Positions 6,984-16,140 of a DNA stretch of 64,000 nucleotides are shown one piece after another. Source of the stretch: a virus; IMG/VR virus record IMGVR_UViG_3300009161_000003, positions 48,923-112,922 of that record. One strand, given 5' to 3'. Position 1 is the first letter of the stretch; each line of letters opens with the position of its first letter. The notes under the pieces were generated by a model that made no database searches, was not told the DNA's origin, and was given only the letters and a program-made list of their open reading frames with translations. A program made the translations under genes and the position numbers.

Positions 6984-9563
6984 TTACTTCTTTTGTAGTT
7001 TTGCTACTGCTTTAGTCAATGCATTAACAGACTTCATCAATGATGCAATCTGTGTAGTCAATGAATCGATCAAGGTTGCAACTGAGGCTTGTAGCACAGT
7101 TACCTGTGTTGCAAGAGCCTTAACTGCTGCGTTTGCAGTTGCTACGTCAGCCTTGACTGCTGTTACGTCAGTCTTGACAGATGTCACTGAATCAATAACG
7201 TTAACTGCTGGAAGAGATACGATTGCAATTGCAGTGTTTTCTCCTTTAGCAAAACCAGTTACTGGAGTGTCTGCTATATCTGCTGACTGTGCAATAGTTA
7301 CAAGAGATGCAATGATTCCAGCATCTGCAAGTTTTCCATCAAAGGATTGTAATATTGCAGAGGCATTTCCATTAGCATCAGTTACTGCTGAAGTTGAAGT
7401 TACTCCGTTGCCAAAGATTCCCTTAGAATCAACTGCAAAGTTAACACTAATTCCTTTAACTGGATTTCCCCAACCATCTTTAACAGTTGCAGTTACTTTT
7501 CCACTAGCAGTTGTTAATGTAATGTTTCTTGCTGTTGTTGCAACTGCATCATTAACAGTAAAGGTTGCAGTTTGTGTCAATCCTCCACCAACAACAGTTA
7601 CTGTTGCAAGTCCAGGTTTCGTTCCAATTGCTGTAAATTCTTGTCCGCTTCCGATAGTAACAGTCTTCAAATCTCCTGTTAATGGACGAACAGTAGGTGC
7701 AGAAGTTCTAAGAACAACTCCGTCAGATGCAGTAACAACAAGTGCTACTCCAGAGACAGAAGTTCCTGAAGCATTCTTTAATGATGTTGCAATGGTTACT
7801 GCAGATGCAGTTCCTGCTGTTGTTGCTTGAACATCTTTTAATACTTTAACAGTCTCTGTGCTTCCACCAGTTAGTGTTAGTGAGGCATATGATCCCGTTG
7901 CAGAATAGGTAACTGTAAGAACATTTGCAGACGTTAGCAGACCAGTTGAAGTTCCTGGCGCAGTAACCTGAATGGTCAATGCATCAACAAAGTTTGTTGT
8001 TGAAGTGCTTGAATCTTTAAATGTAATTGTTGCATCTCCATTAATATCAGTAACTGAAGTTGCAATTGTTGTTCCAAAGTTTCTGCTTGAAGAAGACAAT
8101 GTTCCAGTAACAAAATAATATTGCTGAGCAGTGTCAAAGTTATTCTTTACATTAATCTTAAGGCTTGTGGTATCTCCACTTTTAACTACAGAGTTTGTAA
8201 TTGATGCACTTAATAGTGATGTAGAAATTCCAGTTGTTCCTAATGCACCTTGAGAAACTGAAGGAGCAGTATAGGTAACTGTAACAACAGAGTTTCCTGT
8301 TGCTAGGGCAACTGTAATTGTGAATGATCCACTAGCAGTAGTAGCAGAAGTAACATATGTTCCAATTCCATTCGTTCCAATAACTACTGGATATGTTCCA
8401 TTTGTAATTCCAGCAACGCTAGAAGATGTAATCTTAGCATTAACAATCGATCCTGCTGTTCCACTAATGGACCAACCAAGTGTTGATGCAGAAGAAGTGC
8501 TAGCAAAATATGTTGTTGATGTTGGTGTTTCAATTGCAACTGGAGCAACATACTTAACTGTAGATGTTGAAACTCCGATGGCAGTTGAAAGAGCAACCTT
8601 TGTTGCAGTTGCTACTGGATTTGTTGTAAATGTTACGACTTTGGCAACTGATGGAGTTAAAATTCCACCCAAGTTAAATGTAAGAGCAGAACTTGTTGAA
8701 CCACTATGCTTAGCATGAAGATCATAGGATCCTGTTGATGCTGTAAGTGAGTCTGTTGACTCTAAGAATGTATTTGTTGTTGGTGTTCCAGATCGTGAAG
8801 CAGTTGTTAAAACACTTCCTGGAGCAGTTAACTTACCTTTTGTTACTGTTAATGTTTCTGTTGATCCAACTGCAATAGTTGAAGAAACTGTAATTCTTTC
8901 TAGAGAATTACGAAGCAATGTTGGAATACCACTAGTATCTTTAAGTGTAATTCCAAGATCAACTGACACATCCCCTGCTGTTACTAAAGAAGAAGAACTT
9001 GTTTCTAATGAAACTGGAGTTCCTCCAACTTTAACATCTGCAGTAAAGTAAGCCTCTCCACCATCAATGGTTGAGTTTCCGCCAATTGTGTTTCCCACAT
9101 TGTCAATCCATAATAAAATTTTATATGTTCCTGGAGTTCTAAATGCGTTTGATAAAACGCTTACAGAATCAACCGTAACTGTTTCATCACTTCCGCCTAG
9201 AACAACAGTTGCTGCAGTGTTGTTTGATAAAGTTGCAAGAGCCACAAGAGTGTCTCCAACTGTAATTTGAGTTGTTGCATCGACTGTTGCTGGTGTTGGA
9301 TTTGAAATAATACGACCACGAACAGTTACTGTCTCACTTGCTCCAGATGTATCTGAAAGAGCAATCATCGATACAGAAATCTTGTTGTCTGCAGCAGTTG
9401 CTGTAGCAACGCCACTAGATAATGATGATGAACGGTTTGGAACGGTATCTACTGATAAAATTCCAGTAATTGCTGCATTGGCTGGGGCTGATGTAATTAC
9501 AGACACTCCAGACAGGGCAAGCGCACTAACTGCTGTAACAGCAATCTTTTTAAATAAGTTCAT
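6984..9563 (-). CDS. Large secreted Ser/Thr/Val-rich S-layer-like protein with Ig-like (Big) domains and C-terminal coiled coil
   Basis: Signal peptide MNLFKKIAVTAVSALAL...APANA after AGGAG; Big-1-like motif VTATVKDGWGNPV.G..VNF...TDANG.A; amphipathic C-terminal helix. Confidence 0.7.
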   Translation of the reverse strand: MNLFKKIAVTAVSALALSGVSVITSAPANAAITGILSVDTVPNRSSSLSSGVATATAADNKISVSMIALSDTSGASETVTVRGRIISNPTPATVDATTQITVGDTLVALATLSNNTAATVVLGGSDETVTVDSVSVLSNAFRTPGTYKILLWIDNVGNTIGGNSTIDGGEAYFTADVKVGGTPVSLETSSSSLVTAGDVSVDLGITLKDTSGIPTLLRNSLERITVSSTIAVGSTETLTVTKGKLTAPGSVLTTASRSGTPTTNTFLESTDSLTASTGSYDLHAKHSGSTSSALTFNLGGILTPSVAKVVTFTTNPVATATKVALSTAIGVSTSTVKYVAPVAIETPTSTTYFASTSSASTLGWSISGTAGSIVNAKITSSSVAGITNGTYPVVIGTNGIGTYVTSATTASGSFTITVALATGNSVVTVTYTAPSVSQGALGTTGISTSLLSASITNSVVKSGDTTSLKINVKNNFDTAQQYYFVTGTLSSSSRNFGTTIATSVTDINGDATITFKDSSTSTTNFVDALTIQVTAPGTSTGLLTSANVLTVTYSATGSYASLTLTGGSTETVKVLKDVQATTAGTASAVTIATSLKNASGTSVSGVALVVTASDGVVLRTSAPTVRPLTGDLKTVTIGSGQEFTAIGTKPGLATVTVVGGGLTQTATFTVNDAVATTARNITLTTASGKVTATVKDGWGNPVKGISVNFAVDSKGIFGNGVTSTSAVTDANGNASAILQSFDGKLADAGIIASLVTIAQSADIADTPVTGFAKGENTAIAIVSLPAVNVIDSVTSVKTDVTAVKADVATANAAVKALATQVTVLQASVATLIDSLTTQIASLMKSVNALTKAVAKLQKK

Positions 9564-9610
9564 TTTTCTCCTATAAGTTAACATGATTTTAGCCTTTATG
9601 ACTATACCTT

Positions 9611-9640
9611 ATTATAGCAGATATATGAGAACTGTGTCAA
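9611..9640 (-). promoter_or_regulatory. Consensus sigma70/SigA promoter TTGACA-N18-TATAAT with extended TG
   Basis: Exact hexamers at 9635-9640 and 9611-9616. Confidence 0.85.
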
Positions 9641-9645
9641 ACTGA

Positions 9646-11433
9646 CTATAATAAATTAAACTTTCCTAAAAACTCTTCAACATCTTTTGGCATCTGCATA
9701 TTACGCTTCTCTTCTCTTTCTTGAAACTCCTGCCGATTTCTTTCTTTTGCAGCACTGCCCCAAGTGTGTACATCAATTTCTAAGTTTAAATCTTTTTGTG
9801 TGTGTGCAATTGCTCCATAGACTGCACCACAAACAGCATCTGCTAAATCTTTAGATAACTTACGTGGGTGGTCCACTCTGTTACCTTTCATAATTTTTAA
9901 CTCAGAAAGTTCCTGAAGCAATAAATCAATTTGTGGCATTGCAATTCTTTCTTCATAAACCATCATTGCTAAATCTTCATAATGTTTTTTAGCAACTGAA
10001 ACTGTATCTGTATTTATTCCAACAGCCTTAAGTTCATTTTGAATATCAAATGATTGCCATCTATCAAAGGATACAATACCAATGTTAAATCCTTGCCTTC
10101 TTAGGTTAATAATCCATTGTTTTACTTCAGATAAGTTTACTGGCCCCTCAATTTTTGGCTCCCACCATGCAACGGCATCTACAACAACAACTGGTGCAAC
10201 CTGTTCATAGTCTTTAATAACTTGAATGTTAACCCATTTGTCAACGTGTGCAATAGCAACAGCACACTTATCATGCTTCTGTGCAAGGTCTGCGTGTATA
10301 TAATATGTTTTGTCTGGATCTGGTTTAAAAGATTCATCAAACCTTCTATTAGAATCTAGTGGATTTCTTAGCGTCATACACTTAACTAACTTATCTTTTT
10401 GTTTAAAGAATGCGTCTGATGAAAATGTTGGGATACATGCAAAGCGCATCATTGCATCACCCAAGTCTGTATAGAATGCATGTTTAAAATCTTCAATACT
10501 TCTTGTTGGGTTTACTTCCCATGTTGGTCTTTTTAATGCTAAGATTCCAGGAAACTTATATGAAATAATATAATCTTCATCCCAGGAAATTTCAAATGAG
10601 TTGTCTGGAGTATCTCCTAGTTCTGGATTTAAAATAAACTTATGGGTTCTTTCAACAACTTCTTTTTCAGCAATTACACTGTCATATTTTTCAGAGATAA
10701 AGTCTCCTGGATATCTAGGAAATGAAAGCAATACAACTTTTCCAAGATCTGGGAAACGAGAATCGACTGATCCACGAAACGCTTTATAAATATTTTCTGC
10801 AGTTTTACCTTGTTCATTACCAGTTCCAACTTCAGATGCAAAACCAGAAATCTCATCAAGAACTGCAAGCAATAGGTTTAAACCTTCATGTGATTCTCTT
10901 TCTGAGTGTCCAGAATAAACAGTTATCGATTGATCAAATTCAATAGAGTCTGCTTTTGCATTATACTTTCCCGCAAACCAAGGAGATTTTTCAATTTTAT
11001 TTTTAAATCCTTTAAAAAAAACGTTCTTTGCTTGTTGAGCATTTATAGCAACGTTAATTAAATCTATTGCGTCTCCGCTTGGTTTTCCGAAGTATCTTGC
11101 CGGGTCTTTAAGACATAGTAACTTATAAACAATATAGGCACAAGCCACAGTCGAAGTAAAGTCCTTGCCACTACCCTTCCCAAGTTGTAAAATAATTTCG
11201 TTTTTAGTAAATTTTTCATAATATTTTTTACCTTCCACTGTTCCCATTATTTTTTCTAAATCTTCTTTTTTATAAATCTGACTCATTGCTTCAACAATTT
11301 CATATTGTATTTTTGACAATGGCGGTTGGCCTAAATAGTTTGGAGACTCAATAAATGTTTTTGCATCTACTGGAACCTCTAAAAAATTATTGTCTTCAAG
11401 TACTTCTAGAAACTCATTGAACATCGTGGACAA
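9646..11433 (-). CDS. terL: Terminase large subunit
   Basis: Walker A GKGSGKD, Walker B LAVLDE, nuclease motifs HADLA and DH...KDLADA. Confidence 0.88.
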   Translation of the reverse strand: MSTMFNEFLEVLEDNNFLEVPVDAKTFIESPNYLGQPPLSKIQYEIVEAMSQIYKKEDLEKIMGTVEGKKYYEKFTKNEIILQLGKGSGKDFTSTVACAYIVYKLLCLKDPARYFGKPSGDAIDLINVAINAQQAKNVFFKGFKNKIEKSPWFAGKYNAKADSIEFDQSITVYSGHSERESHEGLNLLLAVLDEISGFASEVGTGNEQGKTAENIYKAFRGSVDSRFPDLGKVVLLSFPRYPGDFISEKYDSVIAEKEVVERTHKFILNPELGDTPDNSFEISWDEDYIISYKFPGILALKRPTWEVNPTRSIEDFKHAFYTDLGDAMMRFACIPTFSSDAFFKQKDKLVKCMTLRNPLDSNRRFDESFKPDPDKTYYIHADLAQKHDKCAVAIAHVDKWVNIQVIKDYEQVAPVVVVDAVAWWEPKIEGPVNLSEVKQWIINLRRQGFNIGIVSFDRWQSFDIQNELKAVGINTDTVSVAKKHYEDLAMMVYEERIAMPQIDLLLQELSELKIMKGNRVDHPRKLSKDLADAVCGAVYGAIAHTQKDLNLEIDVHTWGSAAKERNRQEFQEREEKRNMQMPKDVEEFLGKFNLL

Positions 11434-11950
11434 TTGTTATTACCTCATTTGCCTTAGCGATAGATGATAATCTTTTCATAATTTCATCTCTTACCTGTGG
11501 ATATTCAGAAGCAATATCACGCAAGATTTCAATTAATACTTCTTGCTTTTGTTCAACCTCTAAGATCTCTTCTGCTAGTTCTTTATTTTCTAGCAGCCCT
11601 GCTTTTTGTAGCATATCAATTCTTTTTGATTCAATGTCTAATACTAATTTAATTGCATTAGTCTTTGCTCCAAGATTATTATTTAATCCAGCCTCATCAA
11701 TAACCTCGTAGGCTTTAGAAATTAACTTACCATAGTGTTGGTCTGCTGCTGCTAATGCTTCTTTTGCTCTACCTCGAATTGCATCGTTAGCAGAAGCCAT
11801 AACTTTCCACTCATTTATAAGTGCAACAACTCTAACTCTAGGCATACTTAAATCTTTTGAAATCTTGGTTGGGTCACTACCCTTTAAATATTCTTCTACT
11901 ACTTTATTTATTTGATCTAAGTGTTCAATAAGTTCAACTTCAGTTGACAT
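11414..11950 (-). CDS. Helical protein with N-terminal HTH, candidate terminase small subunit
   Basis: Immediately upstream of and overlapping terL; HTH-like N-terminus followed by coiled coil. Confidence 0.45.
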   Translation of the reverse strand: MSTEVELIEHLDQINKVVEEYLKGSDPTKISKDLSMPRVRVVALINEWKVMASANDAIRGRAKEALAAADQHYGKLISKAYEVIDEAGLNNNLGAKTNAIKLVLDIESKRIDMLQKAGLLENKELAEEILEVEQKQEVLIEILRDIASEYPQVRDEIMKRLSSIAKANEVITIVHDVQ

Positions 11951-12185
11951 GATTTATTCCTTCAATTCTATAGATTTCATCTTGAATATAAAAAATTGCT
12001 TTCTTTAAATCTTCAACATGTTTCTCTTCGTTTTTTAATCCTGCTCTCCAAAGATACTTAATAGCATTGCCTATATTAAAATTTCTATGTCTAGTTATTT
12101 CTAAGCACTCAACGCCAGATGGATCGCTAGTATAATGTTCTGGATGGCTAACTTGATCAACCGTAATTTTTAAATGATCGCTCAT
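11940..12185 (-). CDS. DUF3310 family phage protein
   Basis: V.HP.HY...G.EC.E, GNAIKYLWRAGLK and EDLKKA.FY motifs. Confidence 0.85.
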   Translation of the reverse strand: MSDHLKITVDQVSHPEHYTSDPSGVECLEITRHRNFNIGNAIKYLWRAGLKNEEKHVEDLKKAIFYIQDEIYRIEGINHVN

Positions 12186-12337
12186 CGCTTAGACTTCCTT
12201 AATCCAAATTTTGCAAGGTAAACGTAAACAGTCTCTACTGTACATCCACACTCCTTAGCAATCTCCTCTGGAGTCTTTTTATCCATAACATATCGTTTAC
12301 GCATAAAGACTTCTGATGTATACAGTTTAGCAGCCAT
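12182..12337 (-). CDS. Small HTH DNA-binding protein
   Basis: MAAKLYTSE...KKTPEEIAKECGCTVETVYVYLAKFGL; start refined to the ATG at 12337, just after the upstream stop. Confidence 0.7.
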   Translation of the reverse strand: MAAKLYTSEVFMRKRYVMDKKTPEEIAKECGCTVETVYVYLAKFGLRKSKR

Positions 12338-12341
12338 ATCG

Positions 12342-12986
12342 TTATTTGTCAACTTCTGTCTCAAGGATATCATAGTTGTATGCGTTTGAGTCTTCAAGCG
12401 TCCATTTATCATAACTTTCAACATCCCATTTATTTGTATTAATAAGTCTTTGTATTACTAGATCTTTTTTTGTTACAAAAGATGGTTCTTTTAACCTTAC
12501 CCTGTTATTTGGCTGTATTGCAAAGTTTCCATCATCTCTTTGAATTACATGCCCACACTTGTGCTGTCCTGGATTTTCAGAGTATCCATCATCAAGTATG
12601 TTACTTTCTGGACTATGCCAATCAAGTGTAAATAAATATTTTCCAGGAACATTTGTTTTATTTCTATCAAGATATGAAATTCTCATGTTACTTAAATTTT
12701 CAAATTTTGTAACTGAAATATATGGACTAAAAGAATTCCATAAAACTAAATTATGAATTGGCTCTTCTGGAACATTTGGTTTTGTACAAAAAGCATTAAT
12801 TGGCATTCTCCACCACATTCCACCATCTTCCATTAATAAATGAAATAGTGGACTTCTTCCCTTAACAGTTGCAACTCCAAATATAACACATGGAAAATAT
12901 TGATCATGACTGTCTTCTTGATCTCTTAAAAAATTTCCACGAACATAACATTCTATTGGTGGTATGTTTGCATTTAACTCTGGCAT
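12342..12986 (-). CDS. Conserved hypothetical phage protein
   Basis: 214-aa ORF translationally coupled to its neighbours; HKCGH and QPNNR motifs. Confidence 0.7.
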   Translation of the reverse strand: MPELNANIPPIECYVRGNFLRDQEDSHDQYFPCVIFGVATVKGRSPLFHLLMEDGGMWWRMPINAFCTKPNVPEEPIHNLVLWNSFSPYISVTKFENLSNMRISYLDRNKTNVPGKYLFTLDWHSPESNILDDGYSENPGQHKCGHVIQRDDGNFAIQPNNRVRLKEPSFVTKKDLVIQRLINTNKWDVESYDKWTLEDSNAYNYDILETEVDK

Positions 12987-13576
12987 TACTTGTCAACTCC
13001 CATTGCTTTATCCCAGTTTTTTATAGCCCAATGCCCAATACCACAAGCATCTGCTACATCATTGTCAGTTATAGATCTATCATACTGCATATTAATAAAC
13101 CTTATTGTTCTTTCTTTGCGTAAATTTCTTTCATAGGTTTTATACCAAGACTCTGACTTTCCAGGATTTGCTGATCGTATAGCAAACTTTTCATCCTTGT
13201 CAATTTTTTTATTACCAATAAAGTTTTGCCAAGTTATTGGAGAAACTGTTCCTATAACTTTTGTGCCAGTTAGTCCTGCTGCCCCTAACAAGGCTCCTTG
13301 AACAAGCGCTAAGTCTGCAGCAACCTTTGGACTATTCATGAATACAGTATGTTCAATAACTATTGCTTCAAACCCTCCGTAATGATCTAAGAATGATTTA
13401 GTCTTATTACATGCATCCATAACCTTTTCATAATTTGTTTTACCTTCAAAATTAATCTTACCAACTGTTCCAAGAACATTATCATTAAATACAGCAAAGG
13501 CAAGGCTGTTTGTACTAGCATCAATGGCACATATTGTTTTTGGCTTAATAGCAAAGCCCCACTTATTCTTGTTCAT
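12986..13576 (-). CDS. RuvC-like Holliday junction resolvase
   Basis: AIDAS (D), IVIEH (E) and DNDVADA (D..D) form the RNase H-fold catalytic pattern. Confidence 0.8.
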   Translation of the reverse strand: MNKNKWGFAIKPKTICAIDASTNSLAFAVFNDNVLGTVGKINFEGKTNYEKVMDACNKTKSFLDHYGGFEAIVIEHTVFMNSPKVAADLALVQGALLGAAGLTGTKVIGTVSPITWQNFIGNKKIDKDEKFAIRSANPGKSESWYKTYERNLRKERTIRFINMQYDRSITDNDVADACGIGHWAIKNWDKAMGVDK

Positions 13577-13853
13577 ATTGCATATAACCTTTAATTTGAT
13601 TAAGCATTCTATGTAATTCTTTTGGATCTACCGTGCAATTTGGACAATAGTTAACGTCGTTGTACATTGAAAGGGTAGTTCCACAACCTCTGGCACATTT
13701 TCTATCTTTGCCAATTCTTTTTTTTCTTTTATTTAATGCCTGCTTGTTAGCAATTTTTACTTTTGTTGCTTCATTTCTACAAGTTGGACTACAGTAAATT
13801 TGATAACTTACTGTAGCATCAAACATATTCTCGCACCAACTACACGGCTTCAC
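13563..13853 (-). CDS. Cys-rich zinc-finger protein
   Basis: CSWC, YCSPTC, CARGC and CPNC motifs. Confidence 0.7.
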   Translation of the reverse strand: MKPCSWCENMFDATVSYQIYCSPTCRNEATKVKIANKQALNKRKKRIGKDRKCARGCGTTLSMYNDVNYCPNCTVDPKELHRMLNQIKGYMQYEQE

Positions 13854-14655
13854 TTAGACCCTCTAGTGGAGCAATTTTAATTACTCCTGGTCCTGCATCA
13901 GCGCAGGCCTTTTGGACTGGACAAGCCTTACAAATTTTTGAATTTGCACGATAGTTTTTATTAGGAAGAGTTCTATCTTCCCAGGCCTTGCGTACTTCCC
14001 TTAGCCAGTTAAATGTATTGTCTATCCATTGTCTATAATGGTCATTGACGCTTATTGGAATTGCAAGAAGTTCATGGCTATTTTTATTTTCATATAATAA
14101 AACTCCATCTTTCTTCTTAAGAATTTTCATATACAGCAATATCTGAATAATGTGACCTTTTTTAGCCTTATTCATTCTTTTATAATACTGAAATGCTTCT
14201 TCTCCGCATGTTTTAATTTCTAACACAACTTCTTCATCATTAATAACTAAAATACCATCTCCATATCCAAAGATTGGAGGATCTTGGTTACTAATTTTAA
14301 ATTCAGTTGTTGGCTTGCCAGTCTTTTCATCAGTAAATACTTTTGCTATTCCAGAATTAAGAATTGCGTCTTGAATTCTTCCATGAGATAACGTACCATT
14401 GCCCATATTTGCAGCAGAGAATGGAGTAGTCAAGTCATCAAACTCGTTGCCATCAAAGGCTAAGTACCAATATCTAGCACACTCACCAAACCCATAAGCA
14501 ATTGTTGATGGAGCAAATGTTTTCTTTTGAACAAACTTTTTGTCACGACCTACAAGATAGCCTTTTTCAATAGCCTCAACTAAAGATTTAGTATCTATGT
14601 GACTTTCTGCCTTTGTTTGTTTTACCATTACTTGTTGTAGTAAACTTTTAGTCAT
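13840..14655 (-). CDS. Cas4-like PD-(D/E)XK exonuclease
   Basis: PS...CARY, G...H, GYGDG, EIKT, Q..LYM and C-terminal CKACP...C (four Cys for an Fe-S cluster). Confidence 0.8.
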   Translation of the reverse strand: MTKSLLQQVMVKQTKAESHIDTKSLVEAIEKGYLVGRDKKFVQKKTFAPSTIAYGFGECARYWYLAFDGNEFDDLTTPFSAANMGNGTLSHGRIQDAILNSGIAKVFTDEKTGKPTTEFKISNQDPPIFGYGDGILVINDEEVVLEIKTCGEEAFQYYKRMNKAKKGHIIQILLYMKILKKKDGVLLYENKNSHELLAIPISVNDHYRQWIDNTFNWLREVRKAWEDRTLPNKNYRANSKICKACPVQKACADAGPGVIKIAPLEGLSEAV

Positions 14656-14683
14656 TATATTCCTTTGTTTAGACAAGTATACA

Positions 14684-14989
14684 CTATCTGGTGATATATT
14701 TCAGTGCTGACACTAAATTGTTTACTGCTTCTGCTGCAGTATAATAAATGTTTTTCTTTCCCCTGTTACTTTTATCAACATTTGCCATCCAGGTTGCTTT
14801 CAATGCCAACTTAGCAGCAATAGCCTGAAGTCTAACAATTTCTAAAGTTGCAACTTGAATAGGAATGTCTGGTTTAATAATAAGTTTAGCAATCATAGTC
14901 AGTGCAGTTGTAAGATCTTCATCTTGCATGTACTCTGCTATGTCTGATAGATCATTAAGTTGTTCTAGTGTTGTATTGTTTTGTTCCAA
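14684..14989 (-). CDS. Hypothetical helical protein
   Basis: 101-aa ORF in the recombination module. Confidence 0.65.
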   Translation of the reverse strand: MEQNNTTLEQLNDLSDIAEYMQDEDLTTALTMIAKLIIKPDIPIQVATLEIVRLQAIAAKLALKATWMANVDKSNRGKKNIYYTAAEAVNNLVSALKYITR

Positions 14990-15007
14990 AGTTTAACTAC
15001 TTTCTAT

Positions 15008-15679
15008 TTATTTTAACAATGAGTCTTTTTTGTAATATTCTTCTTGATATCTTAAAAAGTTTTTATTTTTAACCCAAGAATTCATTCTTTTTTCTCTTTC
15101 TTCTTGGGCTCTTGCTACAAAATTTAACTCTTCAAAATCTTTTCTTGTTGAAAAATGCATAGTTAAAACTTCAGTATTGTCTCCATCATTAAACAATATT
15201 GGATCTCTCCAATGAATTGTACCTGCACCCCAAAAAAGAAGAAGGTCTCCATATTCAAGACTAAATTCATCTTCTTCAATAATAATTGGCCAATCAATAT
15301 TTTTATCTAATTGATAATCAAGCGTTAGTTTACTATAGTAATTATCAGAATCAAAATGTGGTGGAAGTTTTGGATTTACATCATCACCATGAATTTTATT
15401 ATAACTTAAATAAGAATTATGACTCATAAAAACTTCTTCACCAATAATTTCACAGGCAAATGCTTCAAGTTTTTTTCTTATTTTTTCTGGATACAAAATT
15501 TCAATTTGCATTCTTGACATTTTTGGTATAACCAATGGTCTATAAAATTCAGGCAAAGAATCGTCAACTTTTTGTTTTTCTACAATTGCCAATATTTCAT
15601 CAAGTTCTTCTTTGGTAAAGAAATCTTTTATAATATGTGGAGTTATGCTATTCTTAGGTTTATAATTATCTAGATACAT
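15008..15679 (-). CDS. 2OG-Fe(II) oxygenase-like protein, probably leaderless
   Basis: IIKDFFTKEE N-terminus, LPPHFD (HxD) and distal HWR; TATAAT 6 nt upstream of the ATG at 15679. Confidence 0.7.
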   Translation of the reverse strand: MYLDNYKPKNSITPHIIKDFFTKEELDEILAIVEKQKVDDSLPEFYRPLVIPKMSRMQIEILYPEKIRKKLEAFACEIIGEEVFMSHNSYLSYNKIHGDDVNPKLPPHFDSDNYYSKLTLDYQLDKNIDWPIIIEEDEFSLEYGDLLLFWGAGTIHWRDPILFNDGDNTEVLTMHFSTRKDFEELNFVARAQEEREKRMNSWVKNKNFLRYQEEYYKKDSLLK

Positions 15680-15686
15680 ATATATA

Positions 15687-15971
15687 TTATACACCATCTA
15701 CAAATTGTTCAAGTACTGCTAATTCAGTTATTGCAAGTCTGACCTTATTTGTCCCTTCGCCAATAATAACAATTATGGCTGGGTCATTATTATTTTTAAT
15801 AGCGTCAGTGGTTGCTTTGGCCCAAACTTTTTGATTAAGGGTAAAAGATTTTCCAACTTCTTTAAAATCTACCGTAAAATTTTTCCAAGTGGCATCGCCC
15901 TTATGGGTATTTCTTCCACTATTCTTATGCTGTTTGGCGCCTATTTTTTTTGATTCTGATCTCTCACTCAT
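15687..15971 (-). CDS. Small PD-(D/E)XK nuclease, Holliday junction resolvase-like
   Basis: E......GA..HKNSG....KGDA.....VDFKE..KSF pattern. Confidence 0.6.
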   Translation of the reverse strand: MSERSESKKIGAKQHKNSGRNTHKGDATWKNFTVDFKEVGKSFTLNQKVWAKATTDAIKNNNDPAIIVIIGEGTNKVRLAITELAVLEQFVDGV

Positions 15972-16140
15972 CTTCATAGTCCCTTTTTCCTTTTGGAATA
16001 AGACTAACTTTTGATATATGTTTTTTAGTACACATCCAAGTTAAATCTCTTGTTTCTGTCCATAATCTACAAACAATAACTTCTTCATTACATTTTTGAC
16101 AAACAAACTTTCCTTTATATGTAGAAAAATTGTTAAGCAT
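15964..16140 (-). CDS. Small zinc-ribbon protein (58 aa)
   Basis: Manual translation MLNNFSTYKGKFVCQKCNEEV...WMCTKKHISKV...; overlaps both neighbours. Confidence 0.7.
   Translation of the reverse strand: MLNNFSTYKGKFVCQKCNEEVIVCRLWTETRDLTWMCTKKHISKVSLIPKGKRDYEDE

Noticed and set aside
13840-14655. Cas4-like gene as part of a CRISPR-Cas system
   Set aside because: No cas1/cas2 or array in the window; stand-alone Cas4-like nucleases are common in phage recombination modules.
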